DNA from: Parcubacteria group bacterium
GTDB lineage: Bacteria > Patescibacteriota > Minisyncoccia > Moranbacterales > UBA2206
NCBI GenBank assembly: GCA_041659505.1
Contig: JBAZYF010000003.1
Span: 22,026-86,025, forward strand
DNA length: 64,000 nucleotides
Direction: 5' to 3'
Under the pieces are notes generated by a model. It did no database searches. It was given only the letters and a program-made list of their open reading frames with translations, and had not been told where the DNA came from. Shown here piece after piece: positions 39,257 to 49,365 of this stretch (positions are counted from its first letter, which is position 1; every line of letters starts with the position of its first letter). The position numbers and the translations under genes are program-made.

Positions 39257-39316
39257 GTGAGTTCATATACTATCTTCATAACATACAGAGGAGAAAAAGG
39301 CAACTTTAAGGAGTGG

Positions 39317-39871
39317 CTAGAGCAATCCGAGATAGTCAAGCCCAATATATCCCACCTCGATATCAGTATTCTTTCCACTCTTAAGTAATTCTCGAAATTT
39401 TTGCAGGGACACCAACACCACCTCCGCAAATTCATTTTTACCCAAATTTTGCTCTGCCACTTTTTCGCAATCGGTTACAACAACGCAATATCTGTTCATT
39501 GTGGAATAAGCGCAATCAAAAGCTGTAGCCACCAGCCTAGCCCTACCCTTATAGCCAGTCTCTTCGAGGAGCTCTCTTTCCCCGGCTTGCTCTGGAGTCT
39601 CATTTGCGTCGACATATCCACCAGGAAGCTCGTTTAAAATTTCATTTGGACCGGGACGAAATTGCCTGACAAGAATTATTTGCTGGTCTTTCGTTATGGC
39701 TAAAATTCCGGTAGCTGGACCTTCTTTCTTTAAATAAAAATCACTTTCCTTGCCATCAGGCATTTTATACATCACTTTTTCAATTTTTCGGCTGTATTTC
39801 TGGAAGGCTATTTCTCTAGACAGCTCTTCCCATTTTTCGACTTTGGTTGGCATAAGATTAGGCACAAACAA
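39317..39871 (-). CDS. Nudix hydrolase (ADP-ribose pyrophosphatase-like), fifth Nudix in the window
   Basis: GGYVDANETPEQAGERELLEETGY. Confidence 0.8.
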   Translation of the reverse strand: MFVPNLMPTKVEKWEELSREIAFQKYSRKIEKVMYKMPDGKESDFYLKKEGPATGILAITKDQQIILVRQFRPGPNEILNELPGGYVDANETPEQAGERELLEETGYKGRARLVATAFDCAYSTMNRYCVVVTDCEKVAEQNLGKNEFAEVVLVSLQKFRELLKSGKNTDIEVGYIGLDYLGLL

Positions 39872-39875
39872 ATAC

Positions 39876-40904
39876 TTAAATAAGCCATGGCTCTATTATC
39901 CCAAATCTTTTATTCTCACAATCAATCTCCGCGTTGGCGCCCAGTGGCAAAACGAATTGTGGATCAGTGTGACCAAAGTCCATATTGGTTATGATTGGCA
40001 AATCTGCTCGGCCGAATTCATCCTTGACAATAGTGATGATTCTTTTCTCCAGCTCTAGTTTTTCTTCCGCAGAATAATCTCGCGCTCGACCAAAAACAAT
40101 TCCATTGATTCGATCAAATATTCCTTGCATTCCGTAATTTCTAAGCTCGTGATCTATTTCATGTATTGTTGGTTTTTCTTCTGATGTTTCCAGGATTAAG
40201 ATCTTGCCGTCCCAAAATTCCGATTTTGGCCAAAATTGGGTGCCCTTCATCATTTCCAAAACTTCGATGCAACCACCAAATAATTCGCCTCTCACAATCC
40301 CCTTTCCTTGCAAAAATTTCCAACCATCATCTTTTTTGAATTCCTTTGTTTTTCCAAGATTATTTTCATCACTCCAATCCAAATAACCATCAGCATATTC
40401 TCCATAAGGACTATATGCATAAGTAGCTCTTGGTTCAAATAGCATTTCTTTAACATGACGCTCAAAACTTTCCGATAAATTTTTCATCTGCGAAAAACCC
40501 GCCATAATTGATGGGCCATAGAAAGTAACCAGCTCCAATTGATTGCAAAATGCGTGAATTGTTGTTGTGTCAGAAAAACCCAAAAGTATCTTTGGATTGT
40601 TTTTGATAATTTCCTTATTGAGATAGGGCAAGATCCGTACTGAGTCATCTCCTCCGATTGAAGTAAAAATAGCTTTTACTTCTGGATCAGAAAAAGCATC
40701 ATTGATATCTTTCGCGCGAACTTCTGGATTTTTGCGTAGATAATCAGCATCCGCTCGAGCAGTTGGATATTCTTTAATTTTCAGCCCCCAGTTCGTAAGA
40801 ATTTTCAGTCCATTTTCATAGACATGCGGAAAGACGCTTGGGCCACCCCAAGAAGGAGAAACAATTGCGACCGTGTCGCCTGGTTTTAGTTTTCGTGGAA
40901 GCAT
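39876..40904 (-). CDS. LD-carboxypeptidase, peptidase S66 family (LdcA/MccF-like)
   Basis: 342 aa. Ser-nucleophile motif LLGFSDTTT. Overall S66 architecture. Confidence 0.8.
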   Translation of the reverse strand: MLPRKLKPGDTVAIVSPSWGGPSVFPHVYENGLKILTNWGLKIKEYPTARADADYLRKNPEVRAKDINDAFSDPEVKAIFTSIGGDDSVRILPYLNKEIIKNNPKILLGFSDTTTIHAFCNQLELVTFYGPSIMAGFSQMKNLSESFERHVKEMLFEPRATYAYSPYGEYADGYLDWSDENNLGKTKEFKKDDGWKFLQGKGIVRGELFGGCIEVLEMMKGTQFWPKSEFWDGKILILETSEEKPTIHEIDHELRNYGMQGIFDRINGIVFGRARDYSAEEKLELEKRIITIVKDEFGRADLPIITNMDFGHTDPQFVLPLGANAEIDCENKRFGIIEPWLI

Positions 40905-40953
40905 AAAATTATATCAAAACCATTTCTTTTTCATTTTCAAAATATTACTAGGC

Positions 40954-41439
40954 TTATTTCTGCTTATTCAGTTTGCTTAAAATAACATTGGCTGTTTCTC
41001 TTGGGGTTTGATTCGTATTGTCGATAACTTCTCCAAAGGCGGGATTATTAATCCCAATGGAATAGTGATGCTTAATTCTTTCTTTTTCCCATTCGTTTAG
41101 TTCTCGCTCTCCTCTGTTTTTCGATGCTTCTTCAATTTTAGGATTTAAGGTGAAAACCAGAATCTCAGCATCATCTTTTAGTTTTTCTGTGAGATATTCA
41201 TAATTCTTTTGTGAAAGCGGATATGGGACAATCACGTCAAATTTTCTCTTGGTAAAATTTTTAATTACCGAAACAGCATTTTCCAAATTTAGCTCTATTT
41301 TTTCCTCAATTGGCATCCATTCAATAAACGCCGAAAGACTATCAATTTCAACCACAGCAGATTCCTTAATCTCCTGTGCTAAAATTTTTGCAATAGTGCT
41401 TTTGCCTGAATTGATTGAACCATTGATAAATATAATCAT
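40954..41439 (-). CDS. Small P-loop kinase (AAA_33 / chloramphenicol-phosphotransferase-like)
   Basis: Walker A INGSINSGKST. 161 aa. Confidence 0.6.
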   Translation of the reverse strand: MIIFINGSINSGKSTIAKILAQEIKESAVVEIDSLSAFIEWMPIEEKIELNLENAVSVIKNFTKRKFDVIVPYPLSQKNYEYLTEKLKDDAEILVFTLNPKIEEASKNRGERELNEWEKERIKHHYSIGINNPAFGEVIDNTNQTPRETANVILSKLNKQK

Positions 41440-41481
41440 ACTTTCTTGACATCTTTTGTCTGGTTTTATATGCTCATATTA

Positions 41482-42552
41482 TTATACTCCGATATTTTCG
41501 CTATCCAATCCCACCCTTATCATATCCACAACCTGATCCATTACACCACCTAATCCAACAGTTAATCTGATGTATCTTGCTAATGGATTTGGCGTTTCTT
41601 TAAACTCTATATTATTGTTCACAAAAATTTTTACTACTGCTTCTCTATACTTACCAAAATCGACTAAAATAAAATTGCCACCACCCTCAATTACATCTAA
41701 TTCTAACTTTCTTAAATTATTAGCGAACTTTTTTCTCGCATTTATTATTTTTTTAACAGAAGTTCTCAAAAATTTACCATCAGAACAAACCACTTCAACT
41801 GCTCTTGCCGCCAGCGAAGTTATTTCTCTGAATGGTTTAAATTTTCCTATCATTCTAGCTAATCTTTCTGCGGTTAATATATATCCGATTCTCAGACCAG
41901 CCATCCCAACATTTTTGGAAAAGCTACGTATAATAATAACATTTGAAAATTCATCGACCAATGAAGAAGCATCAATACACCCAAAATCAGCATATACCTC
42001 ATCGATTACCACCAAGATATTTAATCTTTCGGTTTTTTTGATAAACTCTCGTAGCCTATCAATAGTAAAGATGTAACCCGTAGCACCATTTGGATTAGCA
42101 ATAAGAGCTACTTTCACTTCAGGTGAAATTAATTGAGACAAGACATCATCAGAGCATTTTCCTTCATTGCCACAATAAACTTCAATCAACTTACAATCTA
42201 GTTCCTGTGAATGTATTTTATACATTTCAAACGTCGGAGCAACAGTTGCAATGACATCGCCGGGATCACAAAATGTCTCTAGTATCATTTTCATTGCACC
42301 GTCAGCTCCATTTGACAATATCAATTTTTCATTAGGCTGTTTTAAATATTGAGACAATGCGTCATACGCTCTATTAACTTCAGGATAAGCACTAGCCATC
42401 TCCGCCGAAAATCCTTTTATTATTTTCTTGAATAAGGGTTTTGGCATGGAAGGAATATATTCATTCATTCCTAATCGAACCCTATCCAGTCTAGTAAGAA
42501 AATCTTGATTTTTACGTACAATATTATTTACGTGTTTTCTGCAATTAATCAT
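41482..42552 (-). CDS. Class I/II PLP aminotransferase (HisC-like; histidinol-phosphate/aromatic aminotransferase family)
   Basis: PLP-lysine motif SFSKNVGMAGLRIGY. Confidence 0.8.
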   Translation of the reverse strand: MINCRKHVNNIVRKNQDFLTRLDRVRLGMNEYIPSMPKPLFKKIIKGFSAEMASAYPEVNRAYDALSQYLKQPNEKLILSNGADGAMKMILETFCDPGDVIATVAPTFEMYKIHSQELDCKLIEVYCGNEGKCSDDVLSQLISPEVKVALIANPNGATGYIFTIDRLREFIKKTERLNILVVIDEVYADFGCIDASSLVDEFSNVIIIRSFSKNVGMAGLRIGYILTAERLARMIGKFKPFREITSLAARAVEVVCSDGKFLRTSVKKIINARKKFANNLRKLELDVIEGGGNFILVDFGKYREAVVKIFVNNNIEFKETPNPLARYIRLTVGLGGVMDQVVDMIRVGLDSENIGV

Positions 42553-42838
42553 AATGAGAAAATTATTTTTTAATTATCAAAAGCTCTATTTATAAAAATA
42601 AAAGGATACCCTCATATTTCTATAGTATAACTAAATAAATTTTTATTCAAGGCCTAGCCTAATCCTAGCCTAATCCCCGTTTGATTTAAATAACAAAATA
42701 AAACCAATAGCCCAATAAAAATAGTGAAAAATTGACTAAAGTGCTAATATTATGATATACATATAGGTCAGCTGGACTTAATTATATAAAATACAGCATG
42801 TTATGTTTTGACCTATAATAACTCATTGTCTTAGGCTT

Positions 42839-44749
42839 ATGGGCATATCACAGAAAATAAAAGCGGATTTAAATATTAAGCGACACGTATCAATATTGAA
42901 AGATATGATTTTTACTATTGATGAAAAGAAAAGATTAATAAGTTTATTCATTAACGGGGTTTTTTTAGAATTACCAAGATTACGGCTAGAAGCACCTTTC
43001 ATAGTAAAAACAGAAACAGGAATTATTACCATTGAAGATCTCGAAACTCATCCTATGAATTTAGCTAATAGATGGGGCATTTTAAAAGATTTGCCAGATT
43101 ATAAAATATCCGATCACCAGATGAGATTTATTATTACGTTTAAAGGATCAAATATCTTTGAAAGCTATATTCTTCCAAAAATTCTAGAGGAAGCTGAGCC
43201 AATTGCTCGAGTTATCCTCCAGGATAAAAAATTACCATTACCATTTATTATTGAAATGGCGGAAGTAAAATATGGAAAGATTCAATCCATAATACCACAA
43301 AAGCCAGAGGGACAATCGAAGATTCTTTTAGGTACTCAAATATTGGGACATGTTCAGGACGCGGCAAAAATTCTGCGATGGGCAAACGAGAATGGAACGT
43401 TGCAGACTAAATGGAGGTTTGCTTTGCCAGCAACAAAACGAACTGAAGTTACTAAGGATGCTTTGCGAAACGAAAGCGTTCCGGTAGATGAGTTAATTAT
43501 CGATTGGTCGTATGCGGGTGGAAAAGATTTTAGGACTGGCTATGGATATAAAGAAGATTTTAGTAAACAAGAGTCATTTTCAACCGTTGCCGCATTTGTA
43601 GCTGCAAATACTAGATTGTGCGTTGATGTCGCAAAGGGAAAATATGCCGTTGTTTCAACTAATTTTCGAGCAGAAACACAAATAATGAAAGAGATCAATC
43701 CGAATATAATAACCGTTGGAGTTTCACATACATTTCTAACAGGAAAACTAAAGGAACGTATTAATCTGCATAATGATCTCCCCAGGCTTGCCAAAATGCT
43801 TCAGCAAGTACAAGAATCACTTGACCTTGTGCCAAAGAGAGTCGTCAAATTGGGAGGAGATATAAAATGCATCGACTATTATTGGAAAGTTAGCAATGAA
43901 AAAATGCGAATGCTTGATACATTATTATATCGTACTTTCAATATCGATTCGAAAATTACATTGCAACTCAATGATACAACTCAAGTTATTCAGATTCCCT
44001 TGGCAATTCCCGATATAAAAATAACAAAAGAAAAAGCTAGAAAAAATATTGCTTCTATCGTAGGTAAAAAATTATCGCCAACGGATAAAGTAATCATACT
44101 TTCTGGAGAAAGTAATGACGGATCATTTAAAAAAAGAGCACGAGAAGTTCTTGAATTCGCAAAATCACATCCCAATATTCATGTTATCATGCCCTTAGAA
44201 ATTAATGACGAAAGAATCTCCGGAATTGATGTACCGGAGAATGCTTATGCAATAGGCTTCCGAAAGGATTGGGGTGAAATTATCCCAGGAGGAGACATTG
44301 CTTTTATTAGAGGAAGTTGGGGTGAGCTAATTGATTTAGTATTTTCAGAAACAATCCCCATAATTACTTCCCCCGGCACGGTTCCAACGGATGCCGACTT
44401 AGGTACTACTCAATTTCTCACTGAAGTATCGGAAGAACGTGCTTGCAACATATCATTACTCGTAGAAACGCTACAATCACAGGGCGTGAAGACAAAAACA
44501 ATAAATGGATTATTAGTTGATTTTAGCAATACCCTAGATAAATACACCTTGCAAGAAGCAATAAAACACGCCTTAAGACCTAACGTTGCAAATGAAATAC
44601 GGTCAGCTCTTTTGAATATTCCGAGAGGTGTTTCTGGATGTATTGGAAAATTGCACGAACAACTATTGAGCCAAAAAAGGATATTTTCGGCTAGAGAAAT
44701 TATAAAGATACAAAAAAATATTTGGAGCCAAGATAAAACAGCACAATAA
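42839..44749 (+). CDS. Hypothetical 636-aa protein with C-terminal GT-B (MurG/UDP-glycosyltransferase)-like region
   Basis: Only plus-strand gene in the cluster. C-terminal AFIRGSWGELIDLVFSETIPIITSP resembles the GT-B nucleotide-sugar binding loop. N-terminal 400 aa unassigned. Confidence 0.45.
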   Translation: MGISQKIKADLNIKRHVSILKDMIFTIDEKKRLISLFINGVFLELPRLRLEAPFIVKTETGIITIEDLETHPMNLANRWGILKDLPDYKISDHQMRFIITFKGSNIFESYILPKILEEAEPIARVILQDKKLPLPFIIEMAEVKYGKIQSIIPQKPEGQSKILLGTQILGHVQDAAKILRWANENGTLQTKWRFALPATKRTEVTKDALRNESVPVDELIIDWSYAGGKDFRTGYGYKEDFSKQESFSTVAAFVAANTRLCVDVAKGKYAVVSTNFRAETQIMKEINPNIITVGVSHTFLTGKLKERINLHNDLPRLAKMLQQVQESLDLVPKRVVKLGGDIKCIDYYWKVSNEKMRMLDTLLYRTFNIDSKITLQLNDTTQVIQIPLAIPDIKITKEKARKNIASIVGKKLSPTDKVIILSGESNDGSFKKRAREVLEFAKSHPNIHVIMPLEINDERISGIDVPENAYAIGFRKDWGEIIPGGDIAFIRGSWGELIDLVFSETIPIITSPGTVPTDADLGTTQFLTEVSEERACNISLLVETLQSQGVKTKTINGLLVDFSNTLDKYTLQEAIKHALRPNVANEIRSALLNIPRGVSGCIGKLHEQLLSQKRIFSAREIIKIQKNIWSQDKTAQ

Positions 44750-44761
44750 TACCGCAAGAAT

Positions 44762-45733
44762 TTACCCTATATTTCCAGGTATAGAACAATGCTTACACAT
44801 ATTAATATTGTTCTTTCCCTTAATAATGTTGTCTTGTATTTTTCTTCTTCCTTCAGTATCCCACCAATTATCATCCTTTAAAATATTACCAAGCTTATAA
44901 TCTGAATTATAATCATGACAACACAAGCAAATATCGCCATTTGCACTTACAACCAAATTTTCCCATGGCCATGCGCAACGACTTAACGCATATTGGCTGG
45001 AGACTTCCTTTGCTGAAGCTGTTTTGTATCTTGAATAATTGATATTTTTCGGTATAAATTTTAAATTTATTTTTCTATCTTCATACCCACCCATATAGGC
45101 ATTGAACGTTTTAAATACAACCTCATCAACTCCTATATTTTTGCAAATTTCTGAAAATTTTTCTATTTCATGCTCATTGTGTTTCATGACTACAAATTGA
45201 ACCTCAAGAGCAGGCTTTTTGGCGCCCATGTCTTTTTTGACTGCAATAAAATCCTTAATATTTTTTAATATTAAATTTAGATCGCCCCCTACTCGATATT
45301 TTTTATATGTATCATTTGACGCCCCATCAATAGAAATAGTGATATTATCTAAACCTGAGTTAATTAATTTTCTTGATAATTTTTTATTTAATAATAGTCC
45401 ATTCGAATAAATACTTACCATTTTTATTCCACTAACTTTCGCGAGTTTTACCATTTTAGCAATATCTGGATTTATCAATGGCTCACCATAATTAAATAAC
45501 GCTATTTCAATTACGCTTTTTTTTATTAACTTTATTATTTTTTTAAAATCATCCAAAGACATTATCCCCTTATTCTTGATCTTATTCATTCCCATAGGGC
45601 AAGAGCGACACTTTAGATTACACAAGCGACTCACCTCTATTCTAGCTCTTAATGGCATTGGAATCTTATGGAAACTCGCTTGTTCCTTTCCATGATTAGA
45701 AATACTATTAACGCCCAACGCGGATTTATTCAT
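44762..45733 (-). CDS. Radical SAM enzyme with C-terminal SPASM domain
   Basis: CNLKCRSC (Cx3Cx2C) near the N-terminus. C-terminal Cys cluster CLCCHDYNSD...NMCKHC. Confidence 0.8.
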   Translation of the reverse strand: MNKSALGVNSISNHGKEQASFHKIPMPLRARIEVSRLCNLKCRSCPMGMNKIKNKGIMSLDDFKKIIKLIKKSVIEIALFNYGEPLINPDIAKMVKLAKVSGIKMVSIYSNGLLLNKKLSRKLINSGLDNITISIDGASNDTYKKYRVGGDLNLILKNIKDFIAVKKDMGAKKPALEVQFVVMKHNEHEIEKFSEICKNIGVDEVVFKTFNAYMGGYEDRKINLKFIPKNINYSRYKTASAKEVSSQYALSRCAWPWENLVVSANGDICLCCHDYNSDYKLGNILKDDNWWDTEGRRKIQDNIIKGKNNINMCKHCSIPGNIG

Positions 45734-45778
45734 AATAATATATTTAATATTGATTAAAGGTTAAGAGATATGCAATGA

Positions 45779-47395
45779 TTATTTTAAAGGATGAGGATGT
45801 TCTGATTCTGAATCTGCCTTTGTATTCTTAAAATCAAACTGTGAATCAATATCCTTTTTGAGATCAACTAGGAATTTCACAAATTTAAGATTTGATTCTG
45901 TACTTGAATAAGGTGACATTATATAAGCTTTTAAGGAATAAAAGGGATGCGGATTGGCACCCGTAGAATTACTTGGCATCTCATCTATATAATATGGATT
46001 TCCTAGTTCAGAAATCTTTTTTAAAAAAAATGATGTGTAATTATTACGAACTACAGCTTCATCTTCCCAGTTAGAAAAAGAGACCTCCTTGGGTGTGCGT
46101 GGTATGAACATAACACAAACACCGAGACCTTTTGAATTTACAACTTCAAAATCCCCTGTTTTATTGAGTTTATTCTGAAGATCTACCGCTACTTCAGTAA
46201 GATATGCGACTAAACTTTGAAATCCCGTTACGCCTAGAACATTTAACGCAACATACGCCGAGTTTGGCCCATCGCCTGGCCTAGAATTCTCAATTGAATA
46301 TTTAAAAGGCCACTTCCAAAATTCAGGACTTTTATATAGGGAAATTTTACTTTTTACCATAAAAGCGCACGACATATATGGACAAAAGCCCATTTTATGA
46401 AAATCTATTCCAAAGGAATCGGCCTTATGAATATCTTTTAAATATTTTATTACTTCCGATATTCTTCCCAGCGCCACCGGCTCAATATTCAAAGGATTCG
46501 ACTTAAAATCATAATCCTTAAAGAAGATCCAGGGAAATGAAACTACGGCATCAACATGCACATGGGGCACATAACCCAATCCAAGTTCTTCAACAAGCCT
46601 ATCTCTTAGTTCAACTACTTTTTCAATAGGATCAACAACCATATTATTAGTTGATCCGCCTGAAATGATAATAGCAGCAATTTTCTTACCTTTTTTGGTT
46701 TGTTCCTTAATAATTCTTTCCATTTCCAAAAGGTCAACCCTACTATCATCACCAGTTTTTACTTTAAAAAAATTAGATGTCCCAATGCCCAGCCAATCAA
46801 CATCTTGTTTGTGAGCAGGATGTCCCGATGCTGTAGAGAGAACAATCACATCTTCTTTTACGCCTTGCTCAGAAGAATCTGGGGAACAATTCTTCAATCC
46901 TAATTTAACCCCATACATTATTGTTGCTTTTCCACCCCAAGTGAAAGTTCCTCCTGCATCCCGCCAATCCCAGCCAATATATTCTGCAATGGATTTCACA
47001 ACTTTCTGCTCTATCACAAGACTTTTTCCGGAAGCAGTATCCATGCAAAGATTAGGATTATACAAAGACGTAAACGTTTTAGCAGTAACGGTAGGAATAA
47101 TAGGAGATGCAACAACATTATACATTGAGTTAGGAGAATGCCATCGACAAGCGCCTTGAAACAATTCAGATATCAATGATGCAAAGCGCTCCTTTGATAA
47201 ACCCTCACTTGGTATTTCAAAACTCTCAATGGCAGATTCATCAGTTTCCGATTTAGATAAAAGGGTGCATTTTGATAAATCAGTGCTTTTTAGAATCTCG
47301 ACATGCGTATCTTCGATATCCTTAAGCAAAGAAGAAATTGAATCTGTCTCTGGATTATAAAACAAGTCTCTTATTTCTTTAGGTAATGTAACCAT
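45779..47395 (-). CDS. Group II PLP-dependent amino-acid decarboxylase (aromatic/Tyr/Glu decarboxylase family)
   Basis: 538 aa. SGGSTNNMVVDP, HVDAVVSFPW, and the FHKMGF lysine motif. Confidence 0.7.
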   Translation of the reverse strand: MVTLPKEIRDLFYNPETDSISSLLKDIEDTHVEILKSTDLSKCTLLSKSETDESAIESFEIPSEGLSKERFASLISELFQGACRWHSPNSMYNVVASPIIPTVTAKTFTSLYNPNLCMDTASGKSLVIEQKVVKSIAEYIGWDWRDAGGTFTWGGKATIMYGVKLGLKNCSPDSSEQGVKEDVIVLSTASGHPAHKQDVDWLGIGTSNFFKVKTGDDSRVDLLEMERIIKEQTKKGKKIAAIIISGGSTNNMVVDPIEKVVELRDRLVEELGLGYVPHVHVDAVVSFPWIFFKDYDFKSNPLNIEPVALGRISEVIKYLKDIHKADSFGIDFHKMGFCPYMSCAFMVKSKISLYKSPEFWKWPFKYSIENSRPGDGPNSAYVALNVLGVTGFQSLVAYLTEVAVDLQNKLNKTGDFEVVNSKGLGVCVMFIPRTPKEVSFSNWEDEAVVRNNYTSFFLKKISELGNPYYIDEMPSNSTGANPHPFYSLKAYIMSPYSSTESNLKFVKFLVDLKKDIDSQFDFKNTKADSESEHPHPLK

Positions 47396-47400
47396 ATAAT

Positions 47401-49365
47401 TTATTGAAGATTAAAAGTTTCTAGATGAATCTTTTTAGCTTCTTGATCGGATAATTCTTTATACGTAACTCTTAATGTGTATCTGACTGATTTTTCTAAT
47501 TTATATGTATCTGCTATATCTATTCCCCATATGCTATCCTTGTTCATCTTTTTATTAAGCTTTTCCAGATATTCGAAAATTGATTCTTCATTTTTTAGTT
47601 CGATATTCACATCTAAAAATATCAACTTTTGAGTAATTTCCACTACAGGATTATTTTTCTTTTCAGAAAGTAGTTCCACGGACTTATCTATATCTATTTC
47701 AGACGCATAGACATTCATTTTAATATCCTGAGGAATTAGCTTATACAGTATCCCTATACGCTGCTCTCCCGAATAAATATCCCAGCATGAATTAGGATTG
47801 GCTATTTCAGGTTTTATTTTTGACTCGAAATACTTTATATCGTCAAGTCCAAGCAATCGCAATAGAGACTCAACCCTATCTTTAAATTCGCTTAACGCTT
47901 CATTATTCGAAGTTGACATTACTCCGAGAGATTCACGCTCTATATAATTTTCATCTTTTTTACCAAAAATTTTACCAATCTCAAAAATATTCATAAAATC
48001 GACATTTTTCTTAAAATACTCATTCAATTGATCCAATAATCCTGTTATCATTGATTGTCTGAGATTCGGATAAATATCATTAACGGAATTTTGAGTAGAA
48101 ACAGTATCCCAATCAGTATGATTAACAAGGTTATTATCGTCGACTTTCGTTAACGGCCACGATAAGATTTCGTCAAATCCCAGAGTACTTAGAACATCTC
48201 TTATTTTATCTGCTAATATAATGTTCTTAGGAGTGATATTTTTAACAACTTCTAACTTAGGGATTTCATCTACAGGAATACGATTGTAACCATAGATCCT
48301 TAATACTTCTTCAACTAAATCTTCAGGGAGGGAAAGATCCAGCCTATATGCAGGAGGCGTAACAAGCAACAAATCCCCTTTCACTTCAACAACAAGACCA
48401 AGGCACTCGAATATATTTAACACGTCTTCTTCCTTAATTTCGATACCAGCGAACTTGCTTGGTAAGCCTGTTTTAAATTCTATTACAGGAGATACGTATT
48501 TTTGGGGATAATATTCAAATAAATCACTGGCTATTTTTCCGCCTCCATATTCCAAAATCAGAGAAACAAGTAAATTCATTGCATACTCGGATTCGCTCGG
48601 ATCAAGATCTTTTTCCAATCTGTGACTAGCTTCCGTAACTATATTTAAATTTCTTGAATTCTTCCTGACAACTGAACGGTCATAAACCGCAATTTCAGCA
48701 AGAACAGACTTTGTCTCTAAACTAATTGCAGCTTCGGTCCCTCCTACTATACCCGCTAAGGCTATAATATTTTTTCGATCTCTAATTATTAGCTCCGTAT
48801 TCTTTTGCAATTTTATGGAAGTTCCCATTAAAGTCGTCATTTCATCAAAACTATTATTTAATGACCAAGATAATTGTCCTTTAGTTTTTTTGTAATCAAT
48901 CAGATGCGACGGATACCCAGTAAGCAGCATCACATAATTCGATAAGTCTACTAAAAGATTTATACTATTTAATCCATAAAAATTCATATATTCTCTAAGC
49001 CAATCCGGAGAATCTACATTTGTGACATCATCTATTTTTATTGCTAAAACTCGTTTAACATGATCAACTGCTTCAACGCTAATATTTAATTTATCCTCGC
49101 CCTTGAAAATTTGTTTGACACCAGGTATTAAAACCTGAAGCCTATAATATGCAGCGACTTCTCTAGCTAATCCCATAACAGAAAGACAATCGGCACGATT
49201 TTGTCTTATTTCTAATCCTATTAAATAATCCTTGGCACCTTTATAAGAAACTTCTGTAAAACTATCCATCATAAAACCAGTCAGAGTTAAAGCCTCTCCA
49301 ACTTCTTTTGGACTAACATTTAAATCTGGCACCAATTCTTTAATTTGACTGTATAATACTTTCAT
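47401..49365 (-). CDS. pheT2: Second, divergent phenylalanine--tRNA ligase beta subunit (654 aa, lacks the N-terminal tRNA-binding OB domain)
   Basis: MKVLYSQIKELVPDLNVSPKEVGEALTLTGFMMD parallels the canonical MKYSFNWLKEL..LTMHSFEIEG. Retains B3/4, B5, catalytic-like and FDX-ACB regions. Overlaps pheS2 by 26 bp. Confidence 0.85.
   Translation of the reverse strand: MKVLYSQIKELVPDLNVSPKEVGEALTLTGFMMDSFTEVSYKGAKDYLIGLEIRQNRADCLSVMGLAREVAAYYRLQVLIPGVKQIFKGEDKLNISVEAVDHVKRVLAIKIDDVTNVDSPDWLREYMNFYGLNSINLLVDLSNYVMLLTGYPSHLIDYKKTKGQLSWSLNNSFDEMTTLMGTSIKLQKNTELIIRDRKNIIALAGIVGGTEAAISLETKSVLAEIAVYDRSVVRKNSRNLNIVTEASHRLEKDLDPSESEYAMNLLVSLILEYGGGKIASDLFEYYPQKYVSPVIEFKTGLPSKFAGIEIKEEDVLNIFECLGLVVEVKGDLLLVTPPAYRLDLSLPEDLVEEVLRIYGYNRIPVDEIPKLEVVKNITPKNIILADKIRDVLSTLGFDEILSWPLTKVDDNNLVNHTDWDTVSTQNSVNDIYPNLRQSMITGLLDQLNEYFKKNVDFMNIFEIGKIFGKKDENYIERESLGVMSTSNNEALSEFKDRVESLLRLLGLDDIKYFESKIKPEIANPNSCWDIYSGEQRIGILYKLIPQDIKMNVYASEIDIDKSVELLSEKKNNPVVEITQKLIFLDVNIELKNEESIFEYLEKLNKKMNKDSIWGIDIADTYKLEKSVRYTLRVTYKELSDQEAKKIHLETFNLQ

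Noticed and set aside
42640-42670. Direct repeat cctagcctaatc x2 in the AT-rich promoter region of the 636-aa gene
   Set aside because: Two short copies only. Could be a regulator site, but there is no further evidence. Noted, not called.
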